26,468 nt of DNA from a virus (lineage: Duplodnaviria; Caudoviricetes): positions 1 through 26,468 of the IMG/VR virus record IMGVR_UViG_3300033076_000183. One strand, 5' to 3'. The translations under genes were made by a program, and so were the position numbers. Shown piece by piece: positions 8,460-15,061 of the stretch; the stretch's first letter is position 1; every line of letters starts with the position of its first letter. Under the pieces are notes generated by a model. That model was not told the DNA's origin. It did not search any database and saw only the letters and a program-made list of their open reading frames with translations.

Positions 8460-10583
8460 ATGCTAACTTTGGGAAAGAACCCTATTAAATTCCATTTAAG
8501 AAAGGATTTTAAAGACGACCTACAGTCGAGACCTGTAGAGTGGGGGTATGGTGGATTATCAGCATTCACATACTACAGAACTTATGCTCGTAAGAAAGAC
8601 AACGGAAAGCTAGAAACCTGGCAAGAGTGTATCGTACGAGTTATTGAAGGTATGTTCTCAATACTGAAAACACACTCGATTACCAGTGGACATAGCTGGG
8701 ACGAAAAAAGAGCCCATAAACGAGGTGAAGAAGCTGCAGACAGACTATTCCAATTTAAATGGACCCCTCCAGGTCGTGGACTATGGATGATGGGTACTCC
8801 GTTTGTATACGAAAAAGGCGGCGCAGCGCTAAACAACTGCGGATTTGTATCTACTGAAAACATAGACGCTGAACTAAGCAAGCCATTTGCATTCCTAATG
8901 GATATGAGCATGGTAGGCGTAGGTGTCGGGTTTGACACTAAGGGTGCAGGTAAAATTGCCGCTATAGAACCACAAGGTTCACCAGAGCTTGTAATAGTAG
9001 AAGATAGTCGTGAAGGTTGGGTAGAACTAATTTCTTGCTTGATCGACAGCTATTTAGAAGAAGGCAGTGCACCAGTAGAGCCAGACACGTCATTGGTTCG
9101 TGCATATGGTGAGCCTATTGTTGGATTTGGTGGTGTTGCAAGCGGTCCAGAACCCCTAGTTCAAGGTTTCTATGCAATTCGCGATATTCTAAGAGCTCGT
9201 GCTCGTAGCGAAAACCCACTGCTAACTAGCGTAGACATTACTGATATAATGAATATTATTGGTAAGATTGTTGTGGCCGGCAACGTTCGCCGTACTGCTG
9301 AGATTGCTTTTGGTGAGCCAGACGATGAAGACTTTGCTAACATGAAGAACTGGGAACAGTTTGGAGTAGAGACAGGAAGTATCGCACCGCCAGAACTAAA
9401 AGAAATAAACGAACGCGACTACGATGAGTACAATACGAACTGGGATAGTCGCGCTAAAATTGCCAAACGTTATGCCAACTATGAATGGGCATATAAGTTT
9501 GGAGGATGGCGTTGGGCATCTAACAACTCTATCTTTGCAAAACTAGGTATGGACTATACCAATGTGGCTAAAAAAGTAGCTACTAATGGTGAGCCAGGAT
9601 TTGCTTGGTTAGAGAACATGCAAGCCTACGGTCGTATGAAAGACCCTGCAGATCATAAAGACCACCGTGTTCGTGGAGGTAATCCATGCTTGGAACAATC
9701 CCTAGAACCATATGAACTGTGCTGTCTCGTAGAGACATATCCAGCAAAGCATAGTGATTATTGGGATTTCCAACGTACTCTGAAATTTGCTTATCTATAT
9801 GCTAAGACAGTTACTCTCGTCCCTACACATTGGAGAGAAACAAACGACGTTATCAAGCGTAATCGTCGTATTGGTACTAGCCAGAGCGGTATTCAAGAAG
9901 CCATTCTACGCTTTGGTCGTAGAAAGTATCTAGAAGAGTTCTGTGACCAAGCCTATAACTATATTAACTATCTTGATAAGAAATATAGTGAATGGCTAGG
10001 TGTTCCGCTAAGCATTAAAAAGACCAGTGTAAAACCAAGTGGTACTGTATCTCTAGTAGTAGGCGCCCTACCAGGTATTCACTACGCGGAATCTGAAAGC
10101 TATTACAGACTAGTTAGAGTAGCTAACACCAGTCACCTACTACCAATCCTAGAAGCTGCCGGATATAAGATTGAGCCGGCAGTTAGCGACCCGCTAAGAA
10201 CTAGTGTTGTTTACTTCCCTGTAGTACATGACGTAGGTACAGTGAGCAAAAAAGATGTTTCCATCTGGGAACAGTTTGCAAACGCGGTAGACCTACAACA
10301 CTATTGGGCAGACAACCAAGTATCTATTACTATAACTTTCAGTGAACGTGAGAAGGACCAAATTGCTCGTGCGCTAAGTTGTTTTGATACTCGGTTAAAA
10401 GGTGTAAGCCTTCTACCTATATCAGACCACGGGTATGCACAAGCACCCTATACACCAGCAGCTAGAGAGGAAGTTGAAGCATACGCTGCAACACTACTTC
10501 CATTAGACTTCTCTACTCTAACTGAAGAAGGTGAAAACGCAGACAGTAATAAGTTCTGCGATAGTTCAGGATGTGCTATATAA
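8460..10583 (+). CDS. nrdJ: Class II adenosylcobalamin-dependent ribonucleoside-triphosphate reductase, monomeric type (NrdJm/RTPR)
   Basis: AAGGAG RBS; PPGRGLW, LNNCGF, VVAGNVRRTAEI, NPCLEQ (thiyl Cys), ELCCLVE, KPSGTVS, and C-terminal redox pair CDSSGC; no NrdB nearby. Confidence 0.93.
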   Translation: MLTLGKNPIKFHLRKDFKDDLQSRPVEWGYGGLSAFTYYRTYARKKDNGKLETWQECIVRVIEGMFSILKTHSITSGHSWDEKRAHKRGEEAADRLFQFKWTPPGRGLWMMGTPFVYEKGGAALNNCGFVSTENIDAELSKPFAFLMDMSMVGVGVGFDTKGAGKIAAIEPQGSPELVIVEDSREGWVELISCLIDSYLEEGSAPVEPDTSLVRAYGEPIVGFGGVASGPEPLVQGFYAIRDILRARARSENPLLTSVDITDIMNIIGKIVVAGNVRRTAEIAFGEPDDEDFANMKNWEQFGVETGSIAPPELKEINERDYDEYNTNWDSRAKIAKRYANYEWAYKFGGWRWASNNSIFAKLGMDYTNVAKKVATNGEPGFAWLENMQAYGRMKDPADHKDHRVRGGNPCLEQSLEPYELCCLVETYPAKHSDYWDFQRTLKFAYLYAKTVTLVPTHWRETNDVIKRNRRIGTSQSGIQEAILRFGRRKYLEEFCDQAYNYINYLDKKYSEWLGVPLSIKKTSVKPSGTVSLVVGALPGIHYAESESYYRLVRVANTSHLLPILEAAGYKIEPAVSDPLRTSVVYFPVVHDVGTVSKKDVSIWEQFANAVDLQHYWADNQVSITITFSEREKDQIARALSCFDTRLKGVSLLPISDHGYAQAPYTPAAREEVEAYAATLLPLDFSTLTEEGENADSNKFCDSSGCAI

Positions 10584-10804
10584 TGGAAGCTATAGTATAT
10601 TCAAAAAAACCATGTCCATATTGTGAGCAGGCCAAAAGCCTGCTCACAATAAAAGAAATCCCTTATAGGGAGTTAGATGTTACTCGTCCAGAAGTACTAG
10701 ACCAATTAAGAGAGCTAGTACCTGGAGCAAAGACGGTGCCGCAAATATTTATAGATGGCACACATATAGGTGGTTATACGGACTTAGTAGAACACCTAAA
10801 ATAA
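10583..10804 (+). CDS. grxC: Glutaredoxin (probable RNR reductant)
   Basis: CPYC active site, TVPQIF, IGGYTDL. Start moved from 10571 to the ATG in the TAATG overlap with the nrdJ stop. Confidence 0.9.
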   Translation: MEAIVYSKKPCPYCEQAKSLLTIKEIPYRELDVTRPEVLDQLRELVPGAKTVPQIFIDGTHIGGYTDLVEHLK

Positions 10805-10815
10805 GGAAAGATGAA

Positions 10816-10968
10816 ATGAAAATTAGACACATACTTACACAGATTGCAGACTTTTTTAACGTAGAAAAAAGAGAACGAGAAGCAGATTACAGATACCTGT
10901 CAGAAGCTACTAGCCGCGCAGACCTTGAAAGAAGAATGCGAGAACTAGAATTGAGAGGTAGAATATAA
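10816..10968 (+). CDS. Small protein, DUF3563-like (50 aa; not in ORF track)
   Basis: Hand translation MKIRHILTQIADFFNVEKREREADYRYLSEATSRADLERRMRELELRGRI; RBS TAAGGA 8 nt upstream; YL..A....DLERRMREL pattern as recalled for DUF3563. Confidence 0.72.
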   Translation: MKIRHILTQIADFFNVEKREREADYRYLSEATSRADLERRMRELELRGRI

Positions 10969-11114
10969 TGCTGCAATCTATTATAAAATCACTATCTTGG
11001 AACGCTTGTAAAACACAAAGAGACCTTCTACGTTTTGCCGAAATTGAGTATAAGAAAGAAGATCCTGCGTATATATTACACTTAATAAACTCAGGTAAGA
11101 TATTTAGAAATTAA
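10968..11114 (+). CDS. Small hypothetical protein (48 aa; not in ORF track)
   Basis: Hand translation MLQSIIKSLSWNACKTQRDLLRFAEIEYKKEDPAYILHLINSGKIFRN; TAATG coupling to the preceding ORF; fills the gap up to the D14 promoter. Confidence 0.6.
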   Translation: MLQSIIKSLSWNACKTQRDLLRFAEIEYKKEDPAYILHLINSGKIFRN

Positions 11115-11117
11115 TGA

Positions 11118-11146
11118 TTGACTTTTTGACTTGTCCAAGCTATCTT
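11118..11146 (+). promoter_or_regulatory. Putative sigma70-type promoter for D14 (TTGACT-17bp-TATCTT)
   Basis: -35 at 11118-11123 and -10 at 11141-11146, just upstream of the AGGAG RBS and ATG at 11166. Confidence 0.6.
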
Positions 11147-11165
11147 CTAGATACAGGAGATAACT

Positions 11166-11618
11166 ATGACAAATGCAAGTAAAAACAAAGGAAGAGCGTT
11201 CGAATACGTGGTCCGCGATAAGATGACTGATACTTTTAAGTCTCAGTTTGAGCGCGTCCCACTATCGGGCGCTCTTTCCTATTTAAAAGGTGACGTCTAT
11301 GCACCTTGGCTACCAGATTTTCCTTGGACTATAGAAGCTAAGCACCACAAAGAAGTTGATTGGAATAACGTACTAACAGCTAAGACCAGCTTACTGCTAG
11401 AGTTCTGGGACCAGACAACAAGAGAAGCTATGGTTATGAAAAAACACCCATTACTCATATATAAGTGGGATAGGAGTAAGTTGTATGCTTGTTGGTTTGA
11501 TGATAAAGTCAAAACTAAAAATTTTGTTCACATCCGTTCAGGTACAAGAGAGTTTTATATGGCACTACTAGACGACTGGCTATTTGAAGCGTCTCAAGTA
11601 TACACCAAACCTAATTAA
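11166..11618 (+). CDS. PD-(D/E)XK nuclease, Holliday junction resolvase-like (T5 D14)
   Basis: SKNKGRAFE, KGDV and IEAKH catalytic pattern; D14 position before D15. Confidence 0.85.
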   Translation: MTNASKNKGRAFEYVVRDKMTDTFKSQFERVPLSGALSYLKGDVYAPWLPDFPWTIEAKHHKEVDWNNVLTAKTSLLLEFWDQTTREAMVMKKHPLLIYKWDRSKLYACWFDDKVKTKNFVHIRSGTREFYMALLDDWLFEASQVYTKPN

Positions 11619-11626
11619 AAAACCAG

Positions 11627-11655
11627 TTGCTAATATGAGAAAACTAGTATATATT
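11627..11655 (+). promoter_or_regulatory. Putative T5-type sigma70 promoter for D15 (TTGCTA-17bp-TATATT)
   Basis: -35 TTGCTA 11627-11632 and -10 TATATT 11650-11655 in an AT-rich intergenic gap with an upstream A-tract. Confidence 0.6.
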
Positions 11656-11690
11656 ATAAGTATATCAAATATAAACTTTAAGGATAAATA

Positions 11691-12542
11691 ATGAGTGTAA
11701 GTTGGGACGACTTGTCAGATCTAGTTCAAGCAAAGGAACAGGATAAGAATGCTGACAATTTACTACTAATTGACGGTGTTAACCTAGCCTTTAGGTATCT
11801 ACAACGTAAAAACTATGATAATTTTAGCGATGATTATATTCGCACAGTAACCAGCCTCGGTAAGAGTTATGAAGCAAAACGCATAATCTGCTGTTTCGAC
11901 AGTGGCGCAAGTGCATATCGTAAAGCAATATTTCCAGAATACAAGGACAACCGCAAAGTAGAACGCACTGAGGAAGAGCAAGAACGTTTTACGGCTTTCT
12001 TTAATTGTCTAAACGACACTATTGACGCACTACCCTGCGAGCATTACAAGTTTAAAGGTATCGAAGCAGACGATCTAATTGCGTACTTTACTAAAAACCT
12101 AAACTCTAAATATACTCATACTTGGGTAGTATCTAGTGACCGAGACTTGTATCAGCTACTGCGTGATAACGTAAGTATCTTCAATATGTATTCTCGTAAA
12201 GAAATAACTGTTGATACACTGTTTGAACTAACAGGCCTGACTCCACGAGAGTATGCGTTTTCTCGTATGATTGAGGGCGATACTGGAGATAACATCAAGG
12301 GTATTGACGGTATTGGGCCTAAGCGTGCGGCAGAGCTGGTAAAAGAATATAAAACTTTGGATAACCTACTATCGGCTCTACCAATCAAAGGTAAGGCTAA
12401 GTACATTCAAAACCTTAACGCAGGTGCAGACATTCTTGTACGGAATGAACGACTAATTAATCTACTGTCTTATAACGCTGAAGCACTTGCAAGCGTAGAG
12501 AAGAAAGAAACAGTAGCGGAACTACTAGAGAAAGCAATTTGA
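11691..12542 (+). CDS. Flap endonuclease / 5'-3' exonuclease (T5 D15)
   Basis: LLLIDGVN, YRKAIFPEYKDNR, EADD, VSSDRD, and H3TH motif GDTGDNIKGIDGIGPKRA. Confidence 0.95.
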   Translation: MSVSWDDLSDLVQAKEQDKNADNLLLIDGVNLAFRYLQRKNYDNFSDDYIRTVTSLGKSYEAKRIICCFDSGASAYRKAIFPEYKDNRKVERTEEEQERFTAFFNCLNDTIDALPCEHYKFKGIEADDLIAYFTKNLNSKYTHTWVVSSDRDLYQLLRDNVSIFNMYSRKEITVDTLFELTGLTPREYAFSRMIEGDTGDNIKGIDGIGPKRAAELVKEYKTLDNLLSALPIKGKAKYIQNLNAGADILVRNERLINLLSYNAEALASVEKKETVAELLEKAI

Positions 12543-13273
12543 TGTATAAACTATACGAAGACATGGCTGCAGTACAGCTTGTAGCCTACACACAACCAAA
12601 TCCATCTTTTGTAGCAAAGCTAAAAGAACAAGACTTGGGGGACCTAAACTCAGTACAGGAGTTTATTGCCTTTTGTGCCCGTGTCTCTAACCCAGGTAAT
12701 CAATTCAACTCGCTAACTAGTGAGAAACTGATTAAAACTCTAATCAAGTATCAGCATTGGAGCCCCTTAGAAATGGCTGATGCAGTACTGGAAATTGATA
12801 CAGCACGAGATATTGGACGGCAGATAATCCGCCATAAGAGTTTTACTCCTCAAGAGTTTAGTCAGCGTTATGAAGACGTAACTAAAGACTTTGATGGTAG
12901 AGGTATGCAGTTCGTACTTAGAAAGGCGCGCCGTCAAGATACTAAAAACCGACAAAACTCCATTGATGATATTCCAGAAGAGGTACAACGTCAATGGTTA
13001 GCCAAGCAAGCACAGATTATTCACGAAGTAGAAATGGCCTACAAGTGGGCACTAGAAAATGGAATTGCTAAAGAGTGCGCCCGTGTAATTCTTCCAGAAG
13101 GTAATACAAGTACAAGACTATACTTTAAAGGGTCGTTGCGTTCTTGGATTCATTATGTGTCCCTGCGTTCAGGCAATGGAACCCAACTAGAACATATACT
13201 TATTGCTCGTGCATGCGCTGAAGCGATTGCTAAAGTATTTCCAATGATAGAAGATTTTGTAGAAAGAGAGTAA
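12542..13273 (+). CDS. thyX: Flavin-dependent thymidylate synthase
   Basis: ARVS, HWSPLE, RQIIRHKSFTPQEFSQRY (RHx-x7-S motif), KECARVILP, SLRSWIHY, TQLEH. ATG in TGATG overlap with the D15 stop. Confidence 0.93.
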   Translation: MYKLYEDMAAVQLVAYTQPNPSFVAKLKEQDLGDLNSVQEFIAFCARVSNPGNQFNSLTSEKLIKTLIKYQHWSPLEMADAVLEIDTARDIGRQIIRHKSFTPQEFSQRYEDVTKDFDGRGMQFVLRKARRQDTKNRQNSIDDIPEEVQRQWLAKQAQIIHEVEMAYKWALENGIAKECARVILPEGNTSTRLYFKGSLRSWIHYVSLRSGNGTQLEHILIARACAEAIAKVFPMIEDFVERE

Positions 13274-13276
13274 AAA

Positions 13277-13630
13277 ATGGCTGTTGAACCAAAAACAATA
13301 CCACAAAAAACAACAGCGGCACCAGTGGCCGCTGCTAATAAAGAAACTAATCCGCTAAGACTAAGAGACACTACGTCTAACTACTTATGGACTGTAATAG
13401 GTATTCATGATTGTGAATGGACTAAGCGAGCACTAGAGCTGCTCAAAGAGCGCGGAGAGCAAGTTAAGTACATAGAGCTAAATGCAGAATGGCAGCGTAG
13501 GCTAGTAGTAGAGTACTCTACTCGCAGAGTACCTGCGGTATTTAGAGGAAGTACCTATATCGGGTCTTATGATGTTCTTGAGAATTACTATAAGTGTTCC
13601 TTCATAGCAGATAGCGAGCGTTTCGCATAA
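13277..13630 (+). CDS. Glutaredoxin-like protein with monothiol CxxT motif
   Basis: CEWT at the active-site position, RVPAVF cis-Pro motif, YIGSYD; low-complexity N-terminal extension. Confidence 0.7.
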   Translation: MAVEPKTIPQKTTAAPVAAANKETNPLRLRDTTSNYLWTVIGIHDCEWTKRALELLKERGEQVKYIELNAEWQRRLVVEYSTRRVPAVFRGSTYIGSYDVLENYYKCSFIADSERFA

Positions 13631-13654
13631 AAAAAGCCCCGCGAGGGGCTTTTT
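13629..13654. terminator. Bidirectional rho-independent terminator between convergent arms
   Basis: AAAAAAAGCCCC-GCGA-GGGGCTTTTT perfect hairpin flanked by A and T tracts, lying exactly between the stops at 13630 (+) and 13657 (-). Confidence 0.93.
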
Positions 13655-13656
13655 CA

Positions 13657-14010
13657 TTACTTGCGCTGAATTGGCTTCATTGGGTTGATGCCGCCCACAG
13701 GGTTTCTCATAGGCGCATTAGAACCAATCTTTGTTGCACTGGCGCCTTGTGGATCACGAGGCATTCCGTCGTTTATAGAATTTCTAATTCCGTCTACATT
13801 AGAATTAGCATAATCTAGTTGTACGCCGTACATAGCAGGTGTTCCGCCGTATGGAAGTGTTTCTTTTATAACTCTCCCACCAGTTCCTCTACCTGAGGTG
13901 TCTCCGGCTGGGTACTGGATGTCGCCGCCGCCTGTAGTCATTTCATAGTATTCAGCAGGATTTCCTGGAATAGTATGATCGCCACTAGCCATATTTTGTT
14001 TTTTAACCAT
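13657..14010 (-). CDS. Hypothetical Gly/Pro-rich protein (117 aa)
   Basis: AGGAG RBS upstream; ends at the terminator; low-complexity, probably disordered. Confidence 0.75.
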   Translation of the reverse strand: MVKKQNMASGDHTIPGNPAEYYEMTTGGGDIQYPAGDTSGRGTGGRVIKETLPYGGTPAMYGVQLDYANSNVDGIRNSINDGMPRDPQGASATKIGSNAPMRNPVGGINPMKPIQRK

Positions 14011-14025
14011 AGTATATCTCCTATC

Positions 14026-14325
14026 TTATCTTTTTGGTTTGCCTTTTATAGGTACCATCCCGCCTGGAGCTGGGCTGTGGCGGAATCTTACAGGACCACT
14101 TATTGCAGTAATTGTTGGGAAGTCGCCGCTTTCCTGATGATGAACCATAGTATGTAATAACTCACGAGTAGGAGTTATAAATGTATGGTCATCATTAGCT
14201 AAGAATACTTGACCATCTATAACTCTATGTTTTGAGTTAGGATGGAAAATGTAATCATCGTTATTTAAGGGCGTTTTACTTCTTTCAACAGTTATTCGTT
14301 GATTATCTTTAATTTCTTCTGACAT
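14026..14325 (-). CDS. Hypothetical protein (99 aa)
   Basis: AAGGAG RBS directly downstream of a consensus promoter. Confidence 0.75.
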   Translation of the reverse strand: MSEEIKDNQRITVERSKTPLNNDDYIFHPNSKHRVIDGQVFLANDDHTFITPTRELLHTMVHHQESGDFPTITAISGPVRFRHSPAPGGMVPIKGKPKR

Positions 14326-14346
14326 TTATAAACTCCTTATGATACA

Positions 14347-14374
14347 ATTATACTACTAACTACATCAATGTCAA
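14347..14374 (-). promoter_or_regulatory. Consensus sigma70 promoter (TTGACA-16bp-TATAAT)
   Basis: Minus strand reads TAAAAA-TTGACA-TTGATGTAGTTAGTAG-TATAAT-TGTATCATAAGGAG; A-rich UP-like element upstream. Confidence 0.85.
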
Positions 14375-14393
14375 TTTTTATTTTTAAGAACTA

Positions 14394-14717
14394 CTAATTA
14401 GAGGATACGTACAAGCCTTCATAATAGTTAATGGCAGCCTTTTGCTCTCTAATAACTCGTAACATTTCTTGTGTATTAAACGCTAAATTCTCATAACTCT
14501 TAACTGTTATTGCATACCAAACTCTATTTTCGTCTAAAACTTGCTTAGTATCTTCGGTTATTACCTTAAACTCCACTGGTTTTAGCGATACGGGCGCAGG
14601 TTTTGGAGCAGGTGCAACTGTTATAGTAGTTTTTACAGGCTCTAACGGTACTACATTTTCTTGTTTGCTACACGCCACTAAGGATAGCAGCATCATAGCA
14701 CTAATTATTAATTTCAT
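14394..14717 (-). CDS. o-spanin (Rz1-like outer-membrane lipoprotein)
   Basis: Signal peptide with lipobox LVAC, Pro-rich linker, C-terminal helix; overlaps the 3' end of the i-spanin. Confidence 0.82.
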   Translation of the reverse strand: MKLIISAMMLLSLVACSKQENVVPLEPVKTTITVAPAPKPAPVSLKPVEFKVITEDTKQVLDENRVWYAITVKSYENLAFNTQEMLRVIREQKAAINYYEGLYVSSN

Positions 14718-15060
14718 TTTCTATACCTTCAAATAGTTTTTTAGTCGCAGAGTTAACTCGTCTCTCTACTAGTCCTGGCTTGGAGAAGCTTAAAAGTTCT
14801 AAATTGTTATTGTCAATAGCGGCTAGTGCCTCGTTTGCCAAGCTCTTAGCCTCTCTCGCTTGTTCGCTATACTGAGACGCTAATTGACTTTGTCGCCTCA
14901 TAGCGCCTTCAAGTTCTGAAACTGCAAGTTTATATTGCTCGTTCTGCTGTGCGAGTTGTGCATTTAACGTAGTTAAATTTTGAATCTTAGATTGAGAGTA
15001 GTAAAAGTAACCTAAAGCAGAGGATATTAGTAGTCCTATTAGTATTAATTTTAATTGCAT
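14701..15060 (-). CDS. i-spanin (Rz-like inner-membrane protein)
   Basis: N-terminal TM helix (LILIGLLISSALGYFYY), long coiled coil, and 'KPGLVERRVN' motif seen in T4/T5-type i-spanins. Confidence 0.82.
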   Translation of the reverse strand: MQLKLILIGLLISSALGYFYYSQSKIQNLTTLNAQLAQQNEQYKLAVSELEGAMRRQSQLASQYSEQAREAKSLANEALAAIDNNNLELLSFSKPGLVERRVNSATKKLFEGIENEINN

Positions 15061-15061
15061 A

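Noticed and set aside
10811-10819. ATG-AAA-TGA minigene resembling toxic lambda bar-type minigenes
   Set aside because: The RBS TAAGGA is only 3 nt from this ATG but 8 nt from the ATG at 10816, so the 50-aa ORF is the likelier translated frame.
11114-11182. 22-codon ORF MIDFLTCPSYLLDTGDNYDKCK coupled by TAATG
   Set aside because: It runs across the D14 promoter, RBS and start codon; best explained as a by-product.
571-13371. Short - strand ORFs within the replication arm (e.g. 846-1088, 1581-1943, 8582-8938, 12152-12406)
   Set aside because: All are antisense to well-supported genes, with Ser/Leu-rich shadow composition.
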